Shown: positions 19,075 to 29,035, numbered from the stretch's first letter. The stretch: 64,000 bases of DNA from an uncultured Sulfurovum sp. (GCA_902727895.1 CACVAP010000090.1:5129-69128); one strand, 5' to 3'. Notes: generated from the sequence alone by a model not told the origin. Numbers and translations: made by a program.

Positions 19075-20658
19075 TTGATTAATTTACAAAATTACTCTAC
19101 CCAAAACATCAAAAATGATGTTCTATCAGGTGCCTTAGTCGCCGTAGCATTGGTACCTGAAGCCATTGCATTTTCATTTATTGCTGGAGTAAGTCCTGTT
19201 GTTGGACTTTATGGAGCATTTATTATTGGTCTGATTACAGCCATTCTTGGTGGTAAACCAGGAATGATTTCTGGTGCAACTGGTTCTGTGGCTGTTGTTT
19301 TTGTTGGATTAGGACTTTCGGTTAAGGGTATGTACCCCGACTTAGATGCCCAAGCACTTTCTATGATGGTACTGCATACCATCTTACTTACTTCCATTAT
19401 TGCAGGTCTTATACAAATAGCCATTGGTGTTATGAAAATGGGTAAATTTATCCGTTTAGTACCTCAGCCAGCACTATTTGGTTTTGTAAATGGTTTGGCG
19501 ATTGTTATTGCTTTAGCACAACTGACTTTTTTAGCACCTGCCAATGTAGATCAATACGGCTCATGGATAGAGATTGCTAAAGCAAGTTTTACTGAGAACT
19601 ACATCATGTACATTATTATTGCTATCACCATGGCAACCATGCAGTTTTTACCCAAAGTATCTAAGGCAGTTCCTGCTGGTTTAGTAGCCATTGTTGTTAT
19701 TACGCTGGTTGTTTACTTTGCAAATATCTCTACTAAAGTAGTTGGTGACCTAGCTGACTTATCTTCTGTATCTATGCCTACCTTTGTTATGCCTATAGCT
19801 GAACTTTTCTCTTGGCAAGCCATGTCTATGATTTTACCTGTGGCATTTATTGTCGCTTTGGTTGGACTTATCGAATCACTCCTTACCCTTTCAGTATTAG
19901 ATGAAATGGGTGGGGAACGTGGTTCAGGAAATAAAGAGTGTGTTGCGCTTGGTGTAGGAAATACAACTTCAGGACTCTTTGGTGGTATGGCTGGATGTGC
20001 GATGATTGGTCAATCAGTTATTAACTTTACCTCTGGTGGTCTTGGTCGTTTATCTTCATTTACAGCTGCTGTATTACTTATTATTCTGGTGGTAAGTTTC
20101 TCAAGTGTTATTGCTGCCATTCCTGTGGCTGTACTTGTGGGTATTATGTTCATGGTAAGTATTGGTACTTTTGAATTCTCTTCAATGAAACGTTTAAAAC
20201 ATATGCCAAGAGCAGATGCTTTTGTACTTATCGTTGTAACCATTATTACTGTATTAGAAGACTTGGCTGTTGCTGTTATTGCAGGTATTATTATCTCTGC
20301 ACTTGTATTTGCTTGGGAACATGCCAAAATACAGGCAAGAACCTCAAAAGACAAAGATGGTAAAAAAATCTACGAACTAGATGGTCCTCTATTCTTTGCT
20401 TCAGTAACTTCATTTAATGAACAGTTTGACCTTGAAAATGATCCAGATGAAGTTATCATTGACTTTAAAAATGCTAGAGTTATGGACAGTTCAGGTGTTG
20501 AAGCCATTGATGGTATTACTGAAAAGTACAATAAAGCTGGGAAGAAAGTCTCACTTAGACATTTATCAGAAGATTGTAAAAAAGTACTGACAATCGCTGG
20601 TCCATTCTGTGCCTATGAAGAAAATGATCCTACTTATAAAGTTGCTGTTAATAAGTAA
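19075..20658 (+). CDS. SulP family inorganic anion transporter with C-terminal STAS domain
   Basis: 527 aa. Typical N-terminus DVLSGALVAVALVPEAIAFSFIAGV, multiple TM helices, and a STAS-like tail (LDGPLFFASV...IIDFKNARVMDSSGVEAI). TTG start after AAAGGAA. Confidence 0.9.
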   Translation: MINLQNYSTQNIKNDVLSGALVAVALVPEAIAFSFIAGVSPVVGLYGAFIIGLITAILGGKPGMISGATGSVAVVFVGLGLSVKGMYPDLDAQALSMMVLHTILLTSIIAGLIQIAIGVMKMGKFIRLVPQPALFGFVNGLAIVIALAQLTFLAPANVDQYGSWIEIAKASFTENYIMYIIIAITMATMQFLPKVSKAVPAGLVAIVVITLVVYFANISTKVVGDLADLSSVSMPTFVMPIAELFSWQAMSMILPVAFIVALVGLIESLLTLSVLDEMGGERGSGNKECVALGVGNTTSGLFGGMAGCAMIGQSVINFTSGGLGRLSSFTAAVLLIILVVSFSSVIAAIPVAVLVGIMFMVSIGTFEFSSMKRLKHMPRADAFVLIVVTIITVLEDLAVAVIAGIIISALVFAWEHAKIQARTSKDKDGKKIYELDGPLFFASVTSFNEQFDLENDPDEVIIDFKNARVMDSSGVEAIDGITEKYNKAGKKVSLRHLSEDCKKVLTIAGPFCAYEENDPTYKVAVNK

Positions 20659-20671
20659 TAAACTAATAAGC

Positions 20672-20692
20672 GTTGGCTGAAGCCAACCCTAC
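20672..20692 (-). repeat. REP-like element (GTAG head plus hairpin)
   Basis: The minus strand reads GTAGGGTTGGCTTCAGCCAAC, with stem GTTGGC/GCCAAC. It starts 14 nt after the sulP stop. Confidence 0.6.
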
Positions 20693-20723
20693 ACATCTCG
20701 AACGTAATTTAAATTCGAAACCT

Positions 20724-20744
20724 GTAGGGTCGGCTTCAGCCGAC
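20724..20744 (+). repeat. REP-like element (GTAG head plus hairpin), head-to-head partner of 20672..20692
   Basis: The plus strand reads GTAGGGTCGGCTTCAGCCGAC. It differs from its partner only by a compensatory pair in the stem (T/A versus C/G). Confidence 0.6.
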
Positions 20745-20812
20745 GCAACTAAAGCTATAAAGAAGAAAAGACATGCAAATAAGAATTAAAATTCAATACA
20801 GCGAGGCACTAA

Positions 20813-21748
20813 ATGCCGAGTCGTAAAATAGCCATCTCCATCGGTGACCTAAACGGCATCGGAATACAACTCGCCCTCGAAAATCACGAAAGCATCAAAC
20901 AAATTATAGACCCACTTTATTGTATAGATGATAAAATGCTTAAACAAGCTTCAAAACTTTTAAATATCCCTATTCCTTCTGATTTTAAAACGGTCAAAAA
21001 AATAGCCAAAGAGTTTACCATAGAGCCTGCTAAAGTAAGTAAAGAGAGTGGCGTCTATTCTTTTGCCTCTTTTCTAAAAGCTGTAGAACTTTCTAAAACA
21101 GGGGAACTTGATGGTATTATGACCTTGCCTATTCATAAAAAAGCTTGGGAATTAGGAGGCGTTACTTTTAAAGGTCATACAGATGCCTTGAGAGAGTTTT
21201 TCTTTGCACCAGCCATTATGATGTTGGGTTCTCCTAAAATGTACGTAGCTCTCTACACAGAACACATCCCATTAAATCAAGTAAGCGCAGAAGTTAAAAA
21301 TGTAGAAAAACTTTCTGAATTTCTAATCGATTTTTATGACAATATTAAAAATGATTTAAAAGAAAATGAACAGATAGGACTTTTAGGGCTTAATCCACAT
21401 GCTGGAGATGATGGTGTTTTAGGAAATGAAGAAATTCAAATAAATGAAGCCAGAGAAATTGCACATCAAAACATAGGAAAAGAAGTTTATACAATGCCTT
21501 TAGTACCAGATGTTGCTTTTACACCAAACTCTCGTAAAAAGCACCATTACTTTGTTGCCATGTATCATGACCAAGGCTTAGCACCTTTAAAAGCACTCTA
21601 TTTTGATGAAGGGATTAACATCTCTTTAAATCTACCAATTATTAGAACATCAGTAGACCATGGAACAGCTTTTGACATTGCCTATAAAAAGTTCAAGCTT
21701 AATAACTTGAGTTATGTAAATGCCATTAACTATTTTGTAACTACTTGA
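20813..21748 (+). CDS. pdxA: 4-hydroxythreonine-4-phosphate dehydrogenase
   Basis: 311 aa. Contains IAISIGDLNGIG, FKGHTDALRE, GLNPHAGDDGVLGNEE, YHDQGLAPLK and IRTSVDHGTAFDIA. Confidence 0.9.
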   Translation: MPSRKIAISIGDLNGIGIQLALENHESIKQIIDPLYCIDDKMLKQASKLLNIPIPSDFKTVKKIAKEFTIEPAKVSKESGVYSFASFLKAVELSKTGELDGIMTLPIHKKAWELGGVTFKGHTDALREFFFAPAIMMLGSPKMYVALYTEHIPLNQVSAEVKNVEKLSEFLIDFYDNIKNDLKENEQIGLLGLNPHAGDDGVLGNEEIQINEAREIAHQNIGKEVYTMPLVPDVAFTPNSRKKHHYFVAMYHDQGLAPLKALYFDEGINISLNLPIIRTSVDHGTAFDIAYKKFKLNNLSYVNAINYFVTT

Positions 21749-22719
21749 TTTCGTCCATTTTCTTTGGCTTCATACAGTGCTTCATCAACTCTTTTAAATA
21801 AGAGTCGCTCTGTGTCTCCAGCTCTAAATTCAGTTACACCAAAACTACAAGTAACATCTTTAACGGTAGAAAAATGAAACTTTTCAATTTCCTGACGTAA
21901 ACGAGAAGCTAACGCAGTAGTCTCTTTTAAAGATGTATTTTTTAATAAAATAACAAACTCTTCTCCACCCCAACGTGCAAAAATATCTTCAGGTCTTAGT
22001 GAGATTCTTACCAAGCCAGAAAGTTCTATTAAAACACTATCTCCAACATTATGACCATAGTCATCATTAACACTTTTAAAATGATCTATATCAAAAAGAA
22101 TTAAAGTTGCCTCTTGATTAAATTTTTTTACATCAAAAGATATATCCCTTAGGAGCCTATCTAATTTAACCCTATTATATATATTGGTTAAAGGATCATA
22201 CTCAGCTTGTTTCTTAATACTTAATCTTTTGGCTTCTAACTGTGAAATATTTGTAAATGAAAGGCTATACTGATTACTAAATTTTAATTTAGAAACCGTA
22301 ATCTGATAATTCTGATCTAAGAGGTCTTCTTTAGAAAAGATTTTAACTTTAACTTGTTTTGTAGGACTCCTAGCAATAGTATCTATCCAGTTTTTTCCAT
22401 AGCTATACCTATCAATATAAGGAATACTTGCCTTTTTATTATCATCTATAGCATCATTATCTATCTCATTATTTATAAAAGAGTTTGATATATCAACATT
22501 AGATAATAGAAAAGACTTTAATGACTCATAACCAAAAACTTTTAGTCCTGCATCATTAATCATGTTAATCTTATGTCTATCACTTAATATCAATATATTA
22601 TCATGAGAATTTAAAAATGTTTGGATTATCTTGTTTGCACGAATTTTATATATAAAAAGGGCAAGTGCTAAAATAAGAACTACTAAAAGAATAGCAGCAT
22701 AAAGAGTAAATTCTGACAT
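21730..22719 (-). CDS. diguanylate cyclase (TM anchor, sensor region, GGDEF domain)
   Basis: 329 aa. N-terminal TM helix, then YDPLTNIYNR, DIDHFKSVNDDYGHNVGD and RWGGEEFVILL (GGEEF active site). Confidence 0.85.
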   Translation of the reverse strand: MSEFTLYAAILLVVLILALALFIYKIRANKIIQTFLNSHDNILILSDRHKINMINDAGLKVFGYESLKSFLLSNVDISNSFINNEIDNDAIDDNKKASIPYIDRYSYGKNWIDTIARSPTKQVKVKIFSKEDLLDQNYQITVSKLKFSNQYSLSFTNISQLEAKRLSIKKQAEYDPLTNIYNRVKLDRLLRDISFDVKKFNQEATLILFDIDHFKSVNDDYGHNVGDSVLIELSGLVRISLRPEDIFARWGGEEFVILLKNTSLKETTALASRLRQEIEKFHFSTVKDVTCSFGVTEFRAGDTERLLFKRVDEALYEAKENGRNQVVTK

Positions 22720-22746
22720 TATAGTCCCCCTATAGGATTTATTTAA

Positions 22747-22968
22747 TTAAAATAAAGAATTATTTTTAGAATCAAGTGACTCACAATTAGCATCTAATTT
22801 CTCTGCTAACACTTCCTGACAAGCTTCACAAAGATAACAACAATTTTCCATGTCGTAAAAAATGATTTGATTTTTTTGAACTTCACTGTAACACTCAGCA
22901 CAGAAACTAGCAACATTTTTAATAATTTCTAATGTTGCTTCTTGTCTAACAAAACAGTTGCCTGTCAT
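22747..22968 (-). CDS. small Cys-rich (zinc-ribbon-like) hypothetical protein
   Basis: 73 aa with CAEC ... CCYLCEAC pairs. Its start overlaps the upstream TPR gene's stop by 4 nt (ATGA). Confidence 0.4.
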   Translation of the reverse strand: MTGNCFVRQEATLEIIKNVASFCAECYSEVQKNQIIFYDMENCCYLCEACQEVLAEKLDANCESLDSKNNSLF

Positions 22969-23597
22969 GAAAGCTCTTTAACCATCTTTTCTGCTTCTTC
23001 TAAAGTACTATCAAGTGCTAAAGCAGCTTTATAGTACTTTAATGCTTCTTCTTTTTCATCTAAGTCATACAGTGTATTAGCATAATTAAAGTGATGTGGT
23101 ACAGAATTTTTATCAAACTCTATCGCACTTAAATGATGTTCTTTAGCTTTTTCATTATCACCAAGTTTATGTAAAATATTTGCCAATGCACCATGTGCCA
23201 TGTCTTCTTTTTCATCAATGGCTAAAAGATTTTCATACACTTCTTTTGCATCTTCAAGACGTTCTAACATCAATAATACAAAACCATGTTGTAATAAAAT
23301 CTCTGTATTATCTGGCTCAATAATATTTGCTGAAGTTAAAGCTTTATCTGCTTCTAGATAATCCTCTTTTTCAATAGCTGTATCTGCCATTTTCATAAGT
23401 TGTTCAATTCTAGAAACTTGGGGTTGTGCTTCAGAAAAAGTTTTGTTTCTCTCTGTAACTCCACCAATTTGTTCATCATCTTTTTTTGCATCAAAATCAA
23501 CACCACGTTTAGGGTAAGAACTAGAAAATAATTGTTTAAAAAAAAGGTAAAAAACGACAGCTGATATTAAGAAAAGTAATAGTTGAAAGGTACTCAT
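22965..23597 (-). CDS. TPR repeat protein with N-terminal TM helix
   Basis: TPR-like 34-aa repeats (EDAKEVYENLLAIDEKEDMAHGALANILHKLGDNEKAKEHHLSAIEFD...). I prefer ATG at 23597 (MSTFQLLLF), which has GGAG 6 nt upstream, over the track's GTG at 23621. Confidence 0.6.
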   Translation of the reverse strand: MSTFQLLLFLISAVVFYLFFKQLFSSSYPKRGVDFDAKKDDEQIGGVTERNKTFSEAQPQVSRIEQLMKMADTAIEKEDYLEADKALTSANIIEPDNTEILLQHGFVLLMLERLEDAKEVYENLLAIDEKEDMAHGALANILHKLGDNEKAKEHHLSAIEFDKNSVPHHFNYANTLYDLDEKEEALKYYKAALALDSTLEEAEKMVKELS

Positions 23598-23678
23598 TGT
23601 TGCTCCATATTTAAGAATCACATAATAGACTATTATTGCTTAGAAGATAGCACAAGCGTAAAGATTTAAACTTAATCT

Positions 23679-23948
23679 TTACTTTAGTTGTGTCGCTAGT
23701 TTAGCTATTGCATCATTTAGTTCAGCTCTATCTTTATAGATAAAAGAGTGTTTCTCTGTATCTGATATAACCACAAATATTCCATAGCCTGTTACTTCAA
23801 CACGACCCTTAGATTCTATGTCTATCCAAGCCAAACTCATCTCTGTTGTTTCAGTATCATCATAACCAGTTTTCACCAACACAGCAGGGTATAAATTTTT
23901 AACATTTTTAAGATCAAATGTCTTTTCTTCAATTGTAATTGTACTCAT
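23679..23948 (-). CDS. hypothetical protein (89 aa)
   Basis: Clean ORF in a coding-dense region. No motif I recognise. Confidence 0.4.
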   Translation of the reverse strand: MSTITIEEKTFDLKNVKNLYPAVLVKTGYDDTETTEMSLAWIDIESKGRVEVTGYGIFVVISDTEKHSFIYKDRAELNDAIAKLATQLK

Positions 23949-23997
23949 AATGCGATTATAGTATAATCTTCTAAAATTATTAGATGGAGAATATTAT

Positions 23998-24441
23998 ATG
24001 AGTTTGAATGCCCAAATAAAAAGTGACATTAAAGATGCTATGCGTGCGAAAGACACTGCAAAAAGAGACACCTTGAGAAATATACAAGCCGTAGTAAAAC
24101 AAATAGAAGTTGATGAACGCAGAGAAGTAACTGATGCTGATATGGAATCTATTTTAATGAAGTATTGCAAACAAAGAGAAGATGCAATGGCACAATTCAA
24201 AGATGCAGGACGTGATGACCTTGTAGAAAAAGAAGAAGCTGAACTACTTATTATAAAGGCTTATTTACCAGAACCTATGACAGATGAAGAGTTAGAAAGC
24301 ATTATCAAAGACATTATCACAAAAACTGCTGCTACTTCTATGAAAGATATGGGAAAAGTAATGGGTGCTGCTAAAGGTGCCATTGGTTCAAAAGCAGATG
24401 GTGGAAGAATTAATGCTTGTGTAAAAAGTTTATTAGCTTAA
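23998..24441 (+). CDS. GatB/YqeY domain-containing protein
   Basis: 147 aa. IKSDIKDAMRAKDTAKRDTLRNI...YCKQREDAMAQFKDAGRDDLVEKEEAELLIIKAYLP is the classic YqeY pattern. Confidence 0.85.
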   Translation: MSLNAQIKSDIKDAMRAKDTAKRDTLRNIQAVVKQIEVDERREVTDADMESILMKYCKQREDAMAQFKDAGRDDLVEKEEAELLIIKAYLPEPMTDEELESIIKDIITKTAATSMKDMGKVMGAAKGAIGSKADGGRINACVKSLLA

Positions 24442-24476
24442 CTATTATCTAAAAAACAAGTCCTAATCTACAGAAA

Positions 24477-25787
24477 CTAGGACTTATACCCCTTCACATT
24501 ATGCTCATTTTTTTGAAACCATTGTAAATTTACACGCTTTGGATCAATATCAAAAATATCCGTAATAGCCCCTATTTTCTTAGAACCATCAGTTTGTGTA
24601 GAACATTTACGTAAGTTTTGCGTGGCATCATGTAAAAAGTGGTTAAACATCTGCTCAGCCATCTTTTGCATATTTTCTTTATACTCTTCAGGCACAAATT
24701 TTTTCTTAATTGCACGACTTAGCTCTTTATCAATCGCCTCTTGAACTTGAAGTCTCATATCACGAATAACAGGCTCTACAGAAGATGCTTTAAGCCACGT
24801 ATAGTATTCGTCTTTAAAACGCCGAACAATCTCTTTGGCTTTGATTGCCTGTTCTTGCTTAAGCGCATAGTTTTCATTTGAAATACTCTTTAAATCATCA
24901 ATTCTAAACAATCTTAACTTCTCTAAACCCATGTCACCTATGTCTCTAGGAATTGCCATGTCAAACCAAACCCTATCAAAGTTTGGATTCTCAATCATAC
25001 GTGGTTCAATAATTGCTTCTTTTGAAGAAGTTGCTGAAAATAGTAAACGATAACGGTTAAGATATTTCGGTAAGTCAACTGTCGTTCCAGCTTTAACATT
25101 TTCTCCTAACTCTTCAGCTATTCTCTGTGTTTTCTCTAAATCTCTTCCAAGTAAAAGAACATCACAACCTAAACGTAAAAGATGCTTAGCTGCAATCATA
25201 CCCATCTCACCAGTACCTATGACAACCCCTCGCATACCAGAAATGTTTTCACCATATATTTTATATGCTTGAGCAACTGCTACAGAGGCTATAGAGATTG
25301 GATTTTTAGAAATCTCAGTCACATTTCTAACTTCGGCAGCACATTTTAAACCATGTGCAAGTACACGATTTAATTTTACACCAGCTGTTCCATTTCTCTG
25401 AGAAAATCTAAAATCTTCTTTAACCTGCCCTGTTATCTGTGATTCACCGATAACCACTGAGTCTAAAGAGGAAACAACTGAAAAAGTATGAACAATCGCC
25501 TCTTCATCATCATAACAACGTCCAGCAGATTTTAATTTATAGAAATCTACCTGTGACTTTTTACTAAGTAGTCCTAATATAGTATGATAAGAAGAAAAGT
25601 TGTCACTTGTGGCTGCAAAAATTTCAACACGATTACACGTTGAAACAATATAAGCTTCATGAATAAACTTAAACTCTACAAGTTCATTAAGAAAGTTCTT
25701 TTTCTCATCTTCACTAGTAAAAGCCAATTGTTCACGTAATGACTGTTCACAATTATGATGGTTAAACGCAAGAACTTGATAATACAT
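24477..25787 (-). CDS. hemA: glutamyl-tRNA reductase
   Basis: 436 aa. Contains VSTCNRVEIF (catalytic Cys), GESQITGQVK and the NADPH-binding motif VIGTGEMG. Confidence 0.95.
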   Translation of the reverse strand: MYYQVLAFNHHNCEQSLREQLAFTSEDEKKNFLNELVEFKFIHEAYIVSTCNRVEIFAATSDNFSSYHTILGLLSKKSQVDFYKLKSAGRCYDDEEAIVHTFSVVSSLDSVVIGESQITGQVKEDFRFSQRNGTAGVKLNRVLAHGLKCAAEVRNVTEISKNPISIASVAVAQAYKIYGENISGMRGVVIGTGEMGMIAAKHLLRLGCDVLLLGRDLEKTQRIAEELGENVKAGTTVDLPKYLNRYRLLFSATSSKEAIIEPRMIENPNFDRVWFDMAIPRDIGDMGLEKLRLFRIDDLKSISNENYALKQEQAIKAKEIVRRFKDEYYTWLKASSVEPVIRDMRLQVQEAIDKELSRAIKKKFVPEEYKENMQKMAEQMFNHFLHDATQNLRKCSTQTDGSKKIGAITDIFDIDPKRVNLQWFQKNEHNVKGYKS

Positions 25788-25806
25788 TAGAGTTTTCTCT
25801 CTATCA

Positions 25807-26703
25807 TTAGAAACTTCTCTCTATCATGGCTTTTGCAATGTTAGACAAGTCTTTTTCCCCTAAGCACTCCATTAGTTCAATGGCTTCATCAATCAAAACT
25901 TTAGCTTCAAGGTAAGATTTTTCTATAATCCCATTTTTTTCCATAGCTACTTTGATCCATTCAGCTTCATCATTACTCAAGCGCTTTTTATGTAAAGAGA
26001 CTAAAAATTCTCTATCTTCAACAGCTAACACTTCATGTAAATAGATGTAAGGTAAAGTTACTTTTCCTTCTACAAAATCATGTAATGCTGGTTTACCCAA
26101 AGTTTTAGAATCTTCCGTAATATCCAAAATATCATCAATCATCTGAAAGGCAAGTCCTAAGTTATGCCCATACTGACGATATGCCTGACGGTTTTTACCT
26201 ACTAAAATAGCAGCAGACTCAGCCGAAGCTTCCATTAAAGAAGCTGTTTTTTGATAAAGCATTTTTAAATAAGCATCACGATTAGTATGAAAAGTACGTG
26301 ATAATCTAACATCAGCCAACTCACCAAGACTCAACTGGACAACAGCATTTGAAATAACTTTTGCAACTTCAGAAGAGATACTATTTAATTCAAAAAAAGC
26401 TTTTGAATAGAGAATATCACCCATCATAATTGCTGTTTTATTTCCCTCTGAAGCATTAACAGAAACTGTACCACGTCTTGTGTTTGCATCATCAATCACA
26501 TCATCATGAAGAAGACTTGCAGCATGAATCATCTCTACAGTTGCAGCAGTTTTAACAACCTTTAAAGAAGAACCAGCAATTTTTAAAATGAGTTTGGTTC
26601 TTAATCGTTTACCATGTGGTAAATTTTGATAGAGTCTCAAAACATACTGATCACCGAGTTCACCTATGTACTGTTCTATCTTTCTTTCTACGGCATCTAC
26701 CAA
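25807..26703 (-). CDS. polyprenyl diphosphate synthase (IspB-like)
   Basis: 298 aa with both Asp-rich motifs, LLHDDVIDDANTRRG and FQMIDDILD. TTG start after AAGGA. Confidence 0.85.
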   Translation of the reverse strand: MVDAVERKIEQYIGELGDQYVLRLYQNLPHGKRLRTKLILKIAGSSLKVVKTAATVEMIHAASLLHDDVIDDANTRRGTVSVNASEGNKTAIMMGDILYSKAFFELNSISSEVAKVISNAVVQLSLGELADVRLSRTFHTNRDAYLKMLYQKTASLMEASAESAAILVGKNRQAYRQYGHNLGLAFQMIDDILDITEDSKTLGKPALHDFVEGKVTLPYIYLHEVLAVEDREFLVSLHKKRLSNDEAEWIKVAMEKNGIIEKSYLEAKVLIDEAIELMECLGEKDLSNIAKAMIERSF

Positions 26704-26996
26704 TATCTATCCTTAAAATCTTTCTATATTCTTACTCTTTATTATTGGCTAGGATTATACCCTATAGTCATTTAATTCTCTATGCGAAGCCTCTTTCTTG
26801 TTTCTCTATGGGATTTTCTGTAATAATTTCATTCTTTATTGTTTACTTTTTTAACTATTCTTCATAATTTCTCCACAATTAAGCTATACTATATTCTTAG
26901 GGCTTGCTCACATCTAAAAATATTTTTGAATATAAATTGTTTAAATACTTTTTAGTTTTGACCAAGTACCAATATAAAAAATTACGGAGAAACAAT

Positions 26997-27287
26997 ATGT
27001 TTAAACAAAGTATAATCACAATCGCAACACTAGGACTACTTTCAGTAACTGCATCAGCATTTGACACAGCTTCATGTGTAGGATGTCACGGAGCAAATTT
27101 TGAAAAAGCTGCAATGGGTAAATCTAAAATTGTTAAAGATATGACTGCAGAAGAAATTACAACTGCACTTAACGGTTATAAAGATGGTTCTTATGGTGGT
27201 CCAATGAAAATGCTTATGAAAGCTCCAGCGACTGGAATGTCTGAAGCTGATATTAAAGCATTTGCTGACGAACACGGGAAAAAGTAG
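26997..27287 (+). CDS. class I c-type cytochrome (c553-like), periplasmic
   Basis: I place the start at ATG 26997 (GGAGAAACAAT upstream), giving MFKQSIITIATLGLLSVTASA as signal peptide followed by the haem motif CVGCH. The track's 26904 start adds an implausible N-terminal extension. Confidence 0.8.
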   Translation: MFKQSIITIATLGLLSVTASAFDTASCVGCHGANFEKAAMGKSKIVKDMTAEEITTALNGYKDGSYGGPMKMLMKAPATGMSEADIKAFADEHGKK

Positions 27288-27295
27288 TTTTTCCT

Positions 27296-27319
27296 TTTCC
27301 CATCTTTATAGATGGGAAA
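27296..27319. terminator. hairpin between convergent genes (putative bidirectional terminator)
   Basis: TTTCCCATC-tttata-GATGGGAAA, a 9-bp perfect stem. It lies 9 nt after the cytochrome c stop and 9 nt after the VOC gene stop. Confidence 0.5.
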
Positions 27320-27327
27320 CTTATACT

Positions 27328-27663
27328 TTAATTACTTTTTAACTCTATCTTTCTTCCATCTGGATCCTCTACAACAAAAACATTTTTATCTTCATATTGA
27401 TATTGAGAACAAACAACTATTGTTTCTCTTTCTAAGTATTCAAAAATATTTTCAATTTCCATTAAAAAGCCCAAACGAATATTGTCTATCTCAGAACCTT
27501 TTGTTAATGGATAGAGTTCCATCACCAACTCTTCCATTAATGTTGAATAATGTACAGGACCTTTTCCGTGCTGTTCTTGTACAAAAGTTAAGCCTAGTTT
27601 CTCATAGAACGCTTTGCTTGTTTTTATGTTTTTACATCTTAGGACTAGTAAGTTTAGTTGCAT
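27328..27663 (-). CDS. VOC (glyoxalase/bleomycin-resistance) family protein
   Basis: 111 aa. The N-terminus LLVLRCKNIKTSKAFYEKLGLTF and overall size fit a single VOC module. It overlaps the upstream ARH gene by 10 nt. The antisense track ORF 27312..27707 is rejected. Confidence 0.6.
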   Translation of the reverse strand: MQLNLLVLRCKNIKTSKAFYEKLGLTFVQEQHGKGPVHYSTLMEELVMELYPLTKGSEIDNIRLGFLMEIENIFEYLERETIVVCSQYQYEDKNVFVVEDPDGRKIELKSN

Positions 27664-28418
27664 TGAGTTTTAAACCTCTCCAAAATTCCAACAAACTCAT
27701 CAGATAAATAATCATTTATTTTTTCTTCTATCTCTTTGGGAACTCCATAATATGCCTCAGCAATCCCACCTGCTATCGCTCCCATAGTATCAGCATCTCC
27801 ACCTAATGACACACAGTTACGTATACAATCTTCAAATGTATCAGAATCTAAAAAACAGATAATCGACTCAGGCACTGACTTTTGACAAGATACCTCAAAT
27901 TTATAAGTCGGTCGTATCTCATCTACAGTTCGCTTTAAATCGTACTCAAAGCCTTTAGATATTCGTTCTCGAATCTCCTCTTTACTTTTCCCCATTCGTG
28001 CCATAAAAATAGCCAATGCCGTAGCCTCTGCCCCTTTTATTCCTTCTGGATGGTTATGCGTAATTTCAGCCGATTTTCGAGCCTCTTCTAAAACTTTTTC
28101 TTCATTATCAAAAGCCCATGCTATAGGTGAAACCCTCATGGCTGAACCATTACCCCAAGAGTTGTAAGGCTCATGACTTTCGGCTTTAAGCCATTTTTTA
28201 AATGAGCCACCATAACCAACTTCAAAATAACGCAGACCAAAATCTACAACATTATCTAAATAAGGTTCGTCATCCAAAATAGACTTGGCTATTGCCATAC
28301 TTAGTGTTGTATCATCCGTAAATTTACTCTCAGGATGAAACAACTCAAACTCTTTTGTCTTTATAGCATGAAACTCATACCACGAACCTATAATATCACC
28401 TGCTATTGCTCCTAGCAT
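27654..28418 (-). CDS. ADP-ribosylglycohydrolase family protein
   Basis: 254 aa. Contains MLGAIAGDIIGSWYEF, TDDT, GNGSAMRVSP, THNHPEG and GGDADTMGAIAGGIAEAYYG, the full set of ARH/DraG-type motifs. Confidence 0.85.
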   Translation of the reverse strand: MLGAIAGDIIGSWYEFHAIKTKEFELFHPESKFTDDTTLSMAIAKSILDDEPYLDNVVDFGLRYFEVGYGGSFKKWLKAESHEPYNSWGNGSAMRVSPIAWAFDNEEKVLEEARKSAEITHNHPEGIKGAEATALAIFMARMGKSKEEIRERISKGFEYDLKRTVDEIRPTYKFEVSCQKSVPESIICFLDSDTFEDCIRNCVSLGGDADTMGAIAGGIAEAYYGVPKEIEEKINDYLSDEFVGILERFKTQCN

Positions 28419-28444
28419 TTTTTATCCTTTAATATTTTTTTATC

Positions 28445-29032
28445 TTATACTCCAAATCCACTACTATATAAAACATCTGAACGCATAGCATACTTTATTC
28501 CTTTTATAACCTCATCACCTCGATGTCTATAGCGATGATAAAAGAAAAGTGCTGTTCCAGCTTTAGGTTGAACTGTAAAATCAATAAAACCTTCATCTGT
28601 TCCTATATTTTTAAATGAAGTACCTCCACCTTTAAAATCATCATTTAAATAGACAAAAAAAGTAAAATAACTTGTTGTAAATGGATTTGGTGTATAAAAG
28701 CCATCTACATGCCAATCAAACTTTTGTCCTACATCGTAACGATAAAATTGAATTCGACTATTCAAGCTATCAACTTTTCGTGCGTTAAAAGTTTTAGGTA
28801 AATAACGCTTCATTCGTTTCCATAACTCTTCCGAAAACTCTACACTGTCATAAGTAAACCGAGTATTGTTTCTAACACTATTATTTTCAACGGCTCCATT
28901 ACTAGTATTAATAGTTGCTTTTTTCATACCATTTAACTCTGCTAATTCAATGTATTCCTTACATTCTAATTGAGTTAAAAAATTATCTACTTGAAATATA
29001 TTATCTGCTAATTTTTTATATATAAATGTCAT
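28445..29032 (-). CDS. 2OG-Fe(II) oxygenase, prolyl-4-hydroxylase-like
   Basis: 195 aa. HxD in FDWHVDG, then FFVYLNDDFKGGGTSF, PKAGTALFFYHRYRHRGDEV (distal His) and KYAMRSDVLY. Confidence 0.7.
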   Translation of the reverse strand: MTFIYKKLADNIFQVDNFLTQLECKEYIELAELNGMKKATINTSNGAVENNSVRNNTRFTYDSVEFSEELWKRMKRYLPKTFNARKVDSLNSRIQFYRYDVGQKFDWHVDGFYTPNPFTTSYFTFFVYLNDDFKGGGTSFKNIGTDEGFIDFTVQPKAGTALFFYHRYRHRGDEVIKGIKYAMRSDVLYSSGFGV

Positions 29033-29035
29033 TAT

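Noticed and set aside
26904-26996. Upstream start for the cytochrome c gene (127-aa version). The same issue applies to the TTG at 52821 for ybeY and the GTG at 23621 for the TPR gene.
   Set aside because: In each case an internal ATG has a much better Shine-Dalgarno sequence. It also yields a protein that starts with the expected feature: a signal peptide, the usual YbeY length, or a TM helix.
27312-27707. 131-aa plus-strand ORF overlapping the VOC gene.
   Set aside because: The minus-strand frame gives a recognisable VOC/glyoxalase N-terminus and fits the operon spacing, with a 10-nt overlap with the ARH gene. The plus-strand translation is leucine/phenylalanine-rich with no motif and begins inside the terminator hairpin.
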